Shown piece by piece: positions 12,454 to 24,154 of a stretch of 64,000 bases of DNA. Below the pieces are notes generated by a model that was not told the DNA's origin, searched no databases, and saw nothing but the letters and a program-made list of their open reading frames with translations. Source of the DNA: Puccinia triticina (taxonomy: Eukaryota). Every line of letters begins with the position of its first letter. Position 1 is the stretch's first letter. Location of the stretch: contig CP110440.1 of NCBI GenBank assembly GCA_026914245.1, positions 2,046,001-2,110,000 on the forward strand, given 5' to 3'. The translations under genes were made by a program, and so were the position numbers.

Positions 12454-13404
12454 TGTCAGCCTGTATGTAACTAACCGTGTCTGAGAGGGTTGTTACTATT
12501 AAGATGATGGTGTAAGATGCCAAGGATGGGCCAATGGGTTCGTGGTAAGACCTTTAAAAGGTTTCACTCTATCAGTAATCTTGACTGAGAGGCTTGCTCA
12601 ATTAAGGCGCATCCAGATCAACACAGAGTGTTAATAGGCATCCAAGGAATAACTCAACTTGGGTTCGTGGTTTTACCTACAGAAAGGTAAGGGTAATCAA
12701 GAGTTGAGATTATTCCTGAATTGAATGATGGGTGAGAATGAAAGCACTGTTTAACTATAGTATGGGTTAAACTTTGCTGTAATAATATTCTGAGGGATAA
12801 ACAGTCCTGAGGGGCGTGTTTATATAGAGGGGAAAGAGCAGGAAGGAATATGAGGTGCTTGGAGGCGCTTCAGGACCAGGGGGGAACTGGAAGCGCTCAA
12901 GGGAAGCAGATCCTCATGAGGATCAACATTGGAAATGATCAGGGCAGTGTAATGATCAGTACTGATCCTGGATCAGTAGCAGTGCACACTAGCTGATCAT
13001 AACCAATCATTGATTCCATTCAGTGCTCTTTGAATTGGATTACATCATGTATTGTTTATGTAATTATATCATAACCAATATATTATGTAAATGGGGACTG
13101 CGGCGTAACAGGGGATAAATGAGTGATACCTGTCTTGGGGTATTTCACGTGTACAGTAATATTATAATGTATTGTAATCTTACTGTTGCACGTAACTTAA
13201 CTCTCATAACAACAGTACATTATGGTAACTGTATTTAACTATGGTTATCTGTAATGTAATGTATAACAGGAGTACATTCTTAAGCTTGTATCAAATGATA
13301 TACATATGTAATAAAGGTGTAAAAGGAATGTACTATATGTAATGTGAACAATTGCAGGTACTTGGTACGTGTAAGGTACTGTGACACGTACTCTGTGGCT
13401 GACA
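12454..13404 (-). repeat. 3' LTR of the chromovirus
   Basis: Direct repeat of 22304-23256; preceded on the minus strand by the PPT. Confidence 0.95.
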
Positions 13405-16400
13405 CTTCCTCCCTCCAAAATTTATCAGCTCTGTATTGTCTGAGGACTTTTTCAGAGTCTGGAATTTGGTCAGTAGTGAGCCATTCATCTTCTTTAGAAC
13501 CACTATATCTAACTAGATATTGTTTAATGTCCACATTGTTTTTTCTGATTTTTCTGTGTTGTAAAACCTTCTTTATTTTCACAACTTCTTTCTCCAGTCT
13601 TGTAATTACAACTTTAATGTTGTCTTTCCTTAAAGGGAAATTTTCATTGTTACTAGGCACGTAAGGTTTGATTAAACTAACAGGAAAAGTAGGATGTTTT
13701 CTTTCTGATTCAACTGTCAGTATGACTTCAACAGCATTCTTTCCGTGTAAGGCTTTAATAACAAATGGTCCTACAAATGAGTCTCTCAATTTCTTAGGGC
13801 CAGTGAGGTTGGTAAAGTTAAATGTAGAAATAAGAACTTCTTCTCCGACTTTAAACTGATGAGGTTTATGAGTCTTGTCCCATCTAGTTTTGTTGTATTC
13901 AAAGGATTTTTTAATGCATTCTGCTGCGTAGTTAGCTGTCTTAGTCATCATTTGATGGAAGTCTGCTGCATTAGGATGTATTGTTACAGATTTAGATAAA
14001 ACTAAGTATTTGGGGAACCATGGAATCCATCCTCTTTCTAATTCAAAAGGAGTAATATTGGTAGAGCTATGTTTGCTGGAATTGTAGGCAAACTTAAGGG
14101 CTGGTAAGAGTGAGCACCAATCATGAGTATAATTATCTTTGTCCTTAAATTCCAATCCATAGGCACAATATCTTCTGATCATGTCTTCAAGAGTTTGAAT
14201 CATCCTTTCAGCTAATCCATCAGTCTGTGGGTGATAAGCTGTGGAGAACTTTAATTGTGTACCACATAGATCATAAAGTCCTCTCCAGAATTCTGACGTA
14301 AATTTAGGATCTCTGTCTGTAATAATGTATCTTGGGCATCCTACATCAGCAATTATCTTTTGCCAAAACAACATAGCTATATCAAAGGCTGTATTCTCTT
14401 TATGACATGGAAGGAATTTGGTTCTTTTGGAAAATCTGTCTACTACTACTAGTACTGAATTATAGTTATCTTGTCCTGCAGGAGGTAATCCTGTAACAAA
14501 ATCCATATTAATGACAGACCATCTTTCAGTAGGTTCTTCAATTTCCTGTAATAGTCCATATCTCTTTCCTGTAGCTTTGTTGGCTTTTTGGCATCTTTCA
14601 CAAGATTCACAGTAGTCCTTGGTTTCATTCTTAAAGTTTGGCCACCATGCAATGTGCTTTACTCTCTCTGTAGTGCGCTCTACGGAGAAATGCCCAGCAG
14701 TGATATTATCATGGCATTCTCTAAGAAATAAATTGATATGTTCTCTTTGCACCAGTACTACCACACTAGTATGTTTGGATCTATGGTAAAGTAATCCATC
14801 AAGAAGGGAAAATCTGTCTTCTTTAAAAGCTGTAGCCCAGGGTTCTTCTAATGAGTTAATTAAATCCATATTCTTATACTTACTCTGTAGTATTTCGTTG
14901 ATGGTAGAAGTATTCTTATTGGTATCATAGGATTTTCTGATTTCATCCCAGAATTCTTCTTCCATTTCACATACATGTAAACCAAGGATATCATAATTTT
15001 CTGAAGGAGCATCATATGCAGGATTATCTTCATCATTCTCCAGGGGAAATAAAGCCATGATTTTTGCAGCAACTTCTCCGTCCCATGCTGGGTTCTCTGG
15101 TAAATTTTCCAGAGACCATCTGCTAAGACCATCCGCATTTTTATGGACATTTCCAGCTCTGTGGATAATAGTCATGCTTCCTCTCCAGATCTGAATAGCA
15201 ATTTGCCATCTAAGCATATGTCTATTGGGGGTTTTCATACCCAAGAGACTTTTAAGGGCTATACAATCAGTAATGACTTCAAAGTCACATCCATCCAAGT
15301 AGTAATACAATTTTTCAAGTGCCCATACTAGACAAAGACATTCTAGCTGGCTGGCTCCATATCTTTTTTCACTGTCTTTCAAGGTGCGTGAGATGTAGCA
15401 TATGACTCCTTCTCTGGGGACTTCAAAATCCTGTATCTGATGTAATGCAGCGCCTAAACCTTCCATGCTGGCATCTACATATAATCTGTAAGGTTTATGG
15501 GGATCAGGCATGAACAGTATTGGTGCTGATGTAAGTTTTTCTCTCATTAAATTAAAAGCTTCCACTCTATTAGTTGTCATCTCAAAGGCAGTGTTGGGAC
15601 TACTGAGTTGGTAAAGTGGGCCACTTATTTTTGCAAAATCCTTAATGTGTTGTCTATAGTAACTTGCAAAACCTAAGAATGACTGTACTTCCTTCAGGTT
15701 AGTTGGCATAGGTTTGAGCAAAACAGCTGCTGCTTTATTCATGTCTATAGCTATACTGAGTCCTGATACTATATGTCTTAGAGCTTTAAGTTCCTGAAAT
15801 CCAAATTGGCATTTACTCATTGATATTTTCATGTTCATTTTAATTACTCTTTCTAAGACTATGGTCAACTTCTTGAGGTGTTCTTCCCAGTCTTGGCTGA
15901 ATATGATAATGTCATCAATGTAAATTATAAGCCATCCCTCACGTAATTCTCTGTGGAATTCAGTATCCATCATTCTCTGGAAGTGAGATGGTGCATTTTT
16001 AATTCCAAAGGGCATTCTGAGATATTCATAAATACCCATATGTAATATGATGCGCAACAAATGTCTACTGTCTTTATGAATTACATTTTGGTGAAATCCT
16101 TTTAGTACATCCATGCAGGTAATAAATTTTGCATTCTTGAGTTGCGTGATTGCTTCACTAATCTTGGGCATAGGATACCTATCAGGAATAGTGTAGGTAT
16201 TGAGGGCTCTAAGATCACCAACCATCCTGGACTTATCATTATGCCACGCAATGATTACAGGTGTTGTAACTTCCACATTCTCATTTGCGCCAACCTTGCG
16301 CAGAACTTTCATTCTAACTAATTCATTTACATGTTGTTGCAAGGCTTCTCTGCTTCTAGGGGATGCTGGGTAGGAGGCTTTTCTCAAAGCTGGTGGATAA

Positions 16401-19400
16401 GGTCTGGAAGTATTAAGATTGATTCTTACTTCATGTCCTTTAATACATCCAAAGGGTTCATCAGCTGTAGCAAAGGCCAATTTATGTTTATGCAGTAATG
16501 AGACTAATTTGTCTGTTTGTTCTGGTGTCATATCTGGTGAAATTCTGGCGTCAGATATGGTGTTAGAGAATTTTGAGGCTTCCACAGCATTACATTCTAG
16601 TTGCTCTAATGTAAATTTTTCCGTAATTCCTAGTTCAAATTTAGTCAAGAGATCTCCATTAATGGTAAAGTATCTGCCATTACTGTTAATGACGTCAATA
16701 CCATAATTAATAATGTAATCATTACCAAAGATAATGTATTACATCTTGAAATCTGCCATTACTACTAGCTCAACTGTAATTTTTACACTAGATCTTGTGG
16801 GAGGGAAAATAATATCTAGAGTAATGATACCTAGTGGGGAAAATTTGCTATTGCAGCTGTAGAATTTCTCCTTCTTGACTGGGGATAGCTTGGTCTTCCA
16901 GTCAGGCATAATAGTGTCTAATAATTTGGGGCTAATTATTGAACAGAATGCTCCGCCATCAATGAGAAATTTGAGTTTATACTTGTTACATAGTATATTA
17001 GTAGTGTTGGTTCCTCCTGTAGTGTGCATATTACCTACTTGTTCAGGTTTAACTACTGGTAATTTCCTAATATTATGTGGGGCTTTATCCTCTGGGATCT
17101 TGGAAATATTACATATAAGCTTTTTTGCTTTACATGTAATGGCGTGATTTGAATTGCTTGCTGATTCATCATCTGAGTCATCAGAATCACTAGGAAAGGA
17201 TTCTCCTGAGGAAATGCTAATAGTGTCACATGGTAACTGGTTATCTTCACTCTGAATCACTGATATCTTCTTGCTGATCTTCTTGGGACATTTTGTAGAC
17301 TTATGCCCAGTCTTACCACATTCATAGCATGTAATTTCTTTAGGAGCTGATGGTTCTTTGGTCTCAGGTTTCTTATCTTTGTAATTGTCTCTTCTGTTTG
17401 TTTTGCTTCTAGCTTTGTCTTTTTTACAATCATTCACTATACTTTCAAGTTGGTTAATGAATTCTGAAGTGTCATCATTAGTTCTGATAGCTAGGCGCAT
17501 TTTGTACTCAGTTTCGGGGTCAAGTTGACACAGTAATTTATCATTGATAGATTGGTTATCCAAGTGTCTTTCCACAGCTTGTATCCTGTTCACTTGGCTG
17601 GTAACCCATTCAGAAGGTTCAGTCTCACCATACACATCAAATTTAGATCTTCTAAAGGCATCTCTGACTTTCCTTTTCCATTCAGGGGAGCTATATTTCT
17701 TAATGATTTCTGCTTTCCAGAAAGCCCAATCTTTTGGTCCTTGAACTTCTTTCTTTCTATTGTTGTACCATATGTTTGCTGGTCCTGTAAATAATGAATT
17801 AAGTTTGGAACAAATGATTTGATCTGGTGCATTTGTATCATCCTGTAAACTGTCAATCCATTCTATAAATTTGTAATGGTCATATTCTCCTTTGCCAGAA
17901 AATGTGGCCCATTCACTTATTTTGGGTAAATTGGCTAATACTAATTGATGAATGGCTTTGTCCTCTTCATTTGTTGGAAAATTAAATGGAGTAGAAGATG
18001 TTGTTCTTCTGTTGGGAGCTGGTAGTGGAATTTCTACATCACTATCATCTGAATCTGAATTTTCTGCTTTGTGAGGTGGGAAGTTCACATTAGGTGCTCT
18101 GTCAGATTTCACTCTTGTTGAACTGCTGCTGGCCTGCATATGAGGTGGAGTATCTTTATTCACGCTCTCTTTCACCTGGGGATTAGGTGATGAGTGTCCA
18201 ATATTGTTAACAGAATTTATTACTTGTAAAATTATAGTTTCCAATTTATCTTGTTTTGATGCTGTGTCCGTGGTTTGCTTCTCAAACCTGTTCACTACAT
18301 CTTCAAATGTGGTAAATTGTGATGGAATTATATCTTTAGTATCCTCCTGCAGGGTTCTGAAGCGTGATTCCAACAAATTCAATTTTTTTAATATTTCTTG
18401 GTTGGTATTTTCTTAATCTTCAACCAGTTTTTCAGTTCTAGCCAGGGATCTAGTAACTTGGGTACTCAATATTTCAAGAGCAGAGGGCGCTTCATCAAGC
18501 ATCTTATCCATACTCTCCAATTTATTCAAGATGACAGTGAAGGCATCATCTTCTGAATTTACCTGCTCATCTACACGCTGTGTAACTTTGTGGCACAATT
18601 TCTTAAGATCTGAAGATAATTCTTTGTTACTTTGCGTAATTCTTTCTACAACAAAGTTAAGATTTTCTGTGTACACATGTAGAGCAGTTCTGAATGGAGT
18701 ATCTGGATTGTTAACAACATTTGGAATTTCTGGGGCATTTGACGTGTGTTCAGAACCAGAGTTACTATTACTACTAAAGAAATGGGAGCTATTTAAGGAT
18801 CTAGGTCCATCTGACGCTCCTGGCGGGCTATTTTTCCTTGCTTCAGATGTTGATAAGTGCCTTGGAGGGATCTGCCCAGGCGTATCATTTCTTTGTAAAT
18901 TTGACTGCGCCATTGTTGATTGCGCCCAGTATTCCGCGGGTGTCTGGAATTCACATTTCTCCCCCTGCGTGATTGGGGTCTTGAAGCTGGTCTGCGGCGC
19001 TAAGGGCTTCTTAATGGAGAGTGGTTTTGTCTGTGGGACGTCTGGTGAATTAGGAGAGATTCTGAGCTGATCTCCATTGGATTCCAATCCTTTTTCCTCT
19101 TCAAGGTGGTTGTTAAACCTTTGAGGTCTATCATCGCTTGGAAATCCGCCCAGCAATACTTGAGATGCGCTATTATTGCCGCGTGGCTGCTGCAGTTGCG
19201 CACGTCCTTGAGCCACGTCTTGTAACCTTTCATCCTGTAATAGTAGCACCTGAACTTCTCTTCCGTCGAGACTGTTAGTAGAAGATAAATTCTTAGTTTT
19301 TCCTTTCTTTGTAGCATATATAATTTTATCTGCTACAGGTTGTTTGGCAGGTGGAAGAACTGACGCAGGTGGAAATCCTCTGCCTGGGTCTGATGTGCGG

Positions 19401-19444
19401 GTTCTTCCGTCGTAACCTCGAGTTCTGAGAGAAGGAGGAGACAT
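13280..19444 (-). pseudogene. Single-frame gag-pol polyprotein (~2050 codons) with two premature TAA stops
   Basis: ORFs 19444-18413, 18382-16739 and 16648-13280 share one frame and are each separated by a single TAA. Motifs: zinc knuckle CYECGKTGHKSTKC, protease LIDGGA, RT YIDD, RNase H YVDAS, integrase HHCC plus MDF/TDRD/GLAER, and a chromodomain (QYLVRY..EDEWL). Confidence 0.95.
13405..13416 (-). other. Polypurine tract
   Basis: GGAGGGAGGAAG immediately 5' of the 3' LTR on the minus strand. Confidence 0.85.
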
Positions 19445-19765
19445 AATAGAATATTTTTGTTTCAGTAGGTATTTTTGTTTCTATCTGAGGTATTATCTAA
19501 GGTATTAATGTACCTGAAGATTTATCAGAAACAGCTGGGGAATCTGCGCGCTGATTGGTATCAGTGGTGTCCTCTCTAGCTTCACGGGGTTGCGTGTTTT
19601 TGTCCGTAACTCCAAGGGATTGAAGTTCTGGGGTGAGGGTGTCAACGTTGGTGGACACTGTACACAATCAAAAACACAAAAATATTAGTATTAAAAAATA
19701 CAAATCTGACGGGAAAAGGGTAAGGAAAAAGATGTAACTTTCAGATTTGGGATTTTCTGAGTACT
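19000..19765 (-). pseudogene. Putative spliced accessory gene overlapping the gag 5' end in the +1 frame (~189 aa, one TAG)
   Basis: Acceptor TACTAAT..TGTACAG at 19658; exon 19657-19514; intron 19513-19425 (CAG|GTACAT..CCTTCTCTCAG); exon 19424-19000 in phase. Candidate split start A|TG via donor GTACTC at 19764. Confidence 0.5.
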
Positions 19766-21765
19766 TTTAAAGTTATCGTGATTTTGCCGGAAAAGAAGTG
19801 TAAGAATTTTTTCCTGTCGATGGAAAGGTTTGAATTTTTGTTGGATAAAAGCTAAGAAGGTGGCGCAGAATTGTATCAACTTGGTTTGTTGATTGCTCAA
19901 ACGGCGTGGAGTGGAGCTCCTTTTAAACTCTTGGAACAGCGGTTCTACAAGAGGAGGGGAAGTAGTGATGCGCTTGTACAGCGCTTTTGGGATCTGTAGG
20001 CTAGGAATATTACTTTTAGTCTAATCCGCTAGGCTCGCGCGGTTCAATCGGCGGTCTAAGATCGTCTGTAGCTGCTCTAGATCAGGAGCTACAGGTATTA
20101 CAGTGGTCCTGCTCAAGGGTTGCGGCTCAAGGAGGGTATGTACGGTAGGTATGCGCCTGTATGCGCTCTCTAATTGAGTTAGGTGGAGTGCGTCTAGCGT
20201 GTAAACCCCTGTAGATCCTTGCAGATCCTGGGTAATACAGTAGTACAGTGTATTTGAACTGTAATTGAGTTATGTAGATCCTGTATACACAGGATGCGCA
20301 CGGTGTATGTAGTACCACTTAGTCCCGCGACCTAATGCGCTCTCGATTGGGAATGCAGTACAAATGCTTTCCTGCCGTAGGAATGGTAGAGTTTGGAGTC
20401 TCACAAAAAAGCCTAGTAGTGTAAATTGACCCTTGCGGTTCAATTAGTCTACTCAGAATTTTTGTATCTCTTCTCTTTTTGGGGGAAACAAGCGTTCCGG
20501 TGTGTTTTCCACAGAGAAAATGAATGAAATTCACTGGGATCTCACTGTGTTGAGTCAACAAAGTGTGTATGATTCAATTTCTATGGGTTTTGATGTCAGC
20601 TATGTTTATGAAACTTAGGGTAAAGATCTGTCAGAAATAAGGGTTTTTGCCCTAGTACTATAACTGTACTGAAATAAAACACTGGCAATAATGTGCCAAA
20701 CCTTTTACGTGGTATTTAGCCACTACAAGGGTTTAAACACTCTTATATAAGAGGAGGATATTTGTAATTAATAAGGTTTACTTATTAAGAACAGGGATAA
20801 ATAAGGTTTATGATGTAGAAATAGCTGGTAAGCGCTTAAACTGATTGGCTGCGCGTCAGAGGCGGGAGTCTTACAGCAACTATTTATAAAGATTTAACTG
20901 TAATTAATGCTTATAAGGGATATTGGCAATTTTAGAGTTAAGATCTAGTGGGTTTCGTGCCAAAAGGGCAGAAATAAAGGAAGTGGTGGCTTTAATAAGC
21001 CAGAGGAGAATGTTCACGAGTTAACTTACAGGTTAATGGGTGGTGAAATGTCTGGGGGGACAATTCCAGTGGATCAGATACCTCCTTAAATACTGGAGAG
21101 GTCTCTGAGGGCGCTGAAATGTTCCCATTGGTTTTGGCTATGGGTAGATGCCAAGGGTAGACGTGTAATCTGCCTTGGTTATGGGTATTTTATTTTTACA
21201 ATATTACACAACTTCCCTTACTCCCACACGTGACATTTGTATAACCAATTGTCATGTGAAATAGCTTAATATGAAGTGTAATATCAATTTGGTACTAAGT
21301 GTTACTCTCACCCGTGGTTCCTGTTTCACGGGGGAAAGGTATTTTACTAATTAATATAATTTTATGTATTGTAATTTATGTAATGATTTTTATGTAGTTT
21401 TCCTGCTCTTTGGAGCGCTTTTATGGCTATATGTACATGTATGAAAAAATGTATGAAGGAGTAGGGATGAGGGGTTACTTTGAGTGGGTGACCCCCCTTA
21501 ATTTAACACGAGGATTCTGAATATTCAATAATATTTCAGGATTTGTAAATGGTTTACCAGTTTTTGCAGACTTTAGGATACTTGTTGTATCTCTAAGGCT
21601 GACATTTGAGATAAAGACAATTTTTTCCAGTACAAAAATAGAGAGATAGTCAAAAATAGGATGATTTTTTATGTATTTTTTCGGTTTTACAGAAGGAAAC
21701 AGGGTGAAGAGTCTAGGAAAATGATGAGAATTTAATGGAGAATCTAAGAAACAATCACGGGAAAT

Positions 21766-22188
21766 CTATTCAATGACTTGTCTTCTTCTTCTGCGCGTTG
21801 GTTGCGGAGGAGGGCCATCAGAAGTGAAGGGGGGAAGCGTGGAGTAGGAGGTATGTTCTGTATAAGAGCAGTATTCCTCGTCAAAGGGAGGATGTTCAGA
21901 TTCTGAAGAGGTAAGTCGAGGTTTCCTAACAAGTTTAGTATGTTCTTCTTCTAAAAATTCTGACTCTTCAGTAGTATCAATAAGTGTACCGTCAGGATGA
22001 TAGATACAATTTATCCAAAGTGTACTGTAAGTTGTCTAGGTACAGTTGTAAAATTGGTCCTCTCCAATCAGTGTGTGGGTTTTTCTGACGTGTTCTTGGA
22101 CTTCAAGGTTATTAGGATCTTCCTTTGTGTATTTCTGTAATTTCAGGAGGTTGGAGTTGGGTTTGAAATCACAGATAATGGTGGTCAT
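21766..22188 (-). pseudogene. Extra 140-codon leader ORF just after the PBS (one internal TAG)
   Basis: MTTIICDFKPNSNLLKLQKY..FYNCT*TTYSTLWINCIYHPDG..PQPTRRRRRQVIE*; same sense as gag-pol. Confidence 0.5.
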
Positions 22189-22288
22189 TTGTCTTTTAAC
22201 AAGACATTTTTGGCGTAAAAATAGTAAGGAAATAGGTATGTTAGTATGATTATCACGGTTTGGGAGTGAGAATCACGGATAAATAATA

Positions 22289-22301
22289 GGCCAGACCCCC
22301 A
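22289..22301 (-). other. Primer-binding site, possibly tRNA-Pro
   Basis: TGGGGGTCTGGCC begins 2 nt inside the 5' LTR boundary. A TGGGGG start matches tRNA-Pro-type PBSs. Confidence 0.65.
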
Positions 22302-22303
22302 AT

Positions 22304-23256
22304 TGTCAGCCTGTATGTAACTAACCGTGTCTGAGAGGGTTGTTACTATCAAGATGATGGTGTAAGATGCCAAGGATGGGCCAATGGGTTCGTGGTAAGA
22401 ACTGTAAAAGGTTTCACTCTATCAGCAATCTTGACTGAGAGGCTTGCTCAATTAAGGCGCATCCAGATCAACACAGGGTGTTAATAGGCATCCAAGGAAT
22501 AACTCAACTTGGGTTCGTGGTTTTACCTACAGAAAGGTAAGGGTAATCAAGAGTTGAGAGTATTCCTGAATTGAATGATGGGTGAGAATGAAAGCACTGT
22601 TTAACTTTAGTATGGGTTAAACTTTGCTGTAATAATATTCTGAGGGATAAACAGTCCTGGGGGGCGTGTTTAAATAGAGGGGAAAAGAGCAGGAGGGAAC
22701 ATGAGGCGCTTGGAGGCGCTTCAGGACCAGGAAGGAGCTGGAAGCGCTCAAGGGAAGCAGATCCTCATGAGGACCAACATTGGAAATGATCAGGGCAGTG
22801 TAATTATCAGTACTGATCCTGGATCAGTAGCTGTGCACACTAGCTGATCATAACCAATCAGTGATTCCATTCAGTGCTCTTTGAATTGGATTACATAATT
22901 TATTGTTTATGTATTTATATCATAACCAATATATTATGTAAATGGGGACTGAGGCGTAACAGGGGATAAATGAGTGATACCTGTCTTGGGGTATTTCACG
23001 TGTACAGTAATATTATAATGCATTGTAATCTTACTGTTGCACGTAACTTAACTCTCATAACAACAGTACATTATGGTAACTGTATTTAACTATGGTTATC
23101 TGTAATGTAATGTATAACAGGATTACATTCTTAAGCTTGTATCTAATGATATACATATGGAATAAAGGTGTCAAAAGGAATGTACTATATGTAATGTGAA
23201 CAATTGCAGGTACTTGGTACGTGTAAGGTACTGTGACATGTACTCTGTGGCTGACA
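22304..23256 (-). repeat. 5' LTR of the chromovirus
   Basis: Direct repeat of 12454-13404, a few percent diverged by eye. Confidence 0.95.
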
Positions 23257-24154
23257 GCTGGCATATTTGGCAGGTGTTGCAACCTTGCTTGGCCTTGGTC
23301 CAGTGGATTTTTTTTCTGAATCCCGCCAACTTGGTGATGTGCCAAGCAGGGTTTTTGGGTGTGCAACACACGCTTTTGTCTCTGCCAAGTGGGCTTTGGG
23401 AAAGTGCCCAGTAGGCTTGGGCTTTTCACCCTCAAGACTGTGCATGAGCCCAGATGGGCTTGATGCACTATATCCATTCCTCATTGCATTAATATCTTCT
23501 AGTACTCTTGTCAAGGATGAAAATAAAACCTTTTTTTATTTCGTGTTTTCAGGTTTCTACTTTTCCTCTAGGGTGGTTAGGAAAACTTGTTGGAATCTTG
23601 GCGCTCTCAGTGCGCGTCCACTGCACATCATCCCTGCTCTTCTCACTCTTGTCTCCTCCATGTCTCATATCCCAAAACACCTTCCATATTCCTTCCTCTG
23701 AACCAATGACTCAACAACCATCCCTGAAACACATTCCTGAAACCATTGACAAACCACAACTTGACCAGCAAACAATCAAAAAGTTACCTTGCAACCACAA
23801 GTCAGCCCTTCAATCTTTTGGTATAAAATCGGTCTCTTTTGTCTACCTTGCTCCTTCCTCAGCAGTCTCATTGACCTTGACTTTGTCCATGTTGTACACA
23901 CTCAAATAACTCAGTGTTGTCTTCTTGGCCTTTGCTCCCATCTGCACCTCAAAAAGTCACCAACATTCCCGTCCTCAACATCTCCATTTGACTCCGACTC
24001 TTCCCCTCATTTCTTCTTTTAACCCTTTCTGTTTTTTCCTTGCTCATTCAATCAAACCGTCTTCAAAATTGCCTCAACTCCACCTCAACTTCTGCACCTC
24101 TTATCCTAGTTGCATCAATCTACTCACTTGAATTTATCAATTGTGGTCTTCCAA

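Larger units (their letters stand above)
12454..23256 (-). mobile_element. Ty3/Gypsy chromovirus-type LTR retrotransposon with two LTRs, PBS and PPT, but no TSD
   Basis: ~950-bp direct repeats with TGTCAGCC..GGCTGACA ends; gag-PR-RT-RH-IN-chromodomain order on the minus strand. Confidence 0.96.

Noticed and set aside
13280..13404. Pol C-terminal extension into the 3' LTR as a functional domain
   Set aside because: The same frame stops earlier in the other LTR, so the tail is not conserved.
12450..23260. GTTG/GCTG as a mutated 4-bp TSD for the chromovirus
   Set aside because: The satellite does not continue on the right and related LTRs here make 5-bp TSDs.
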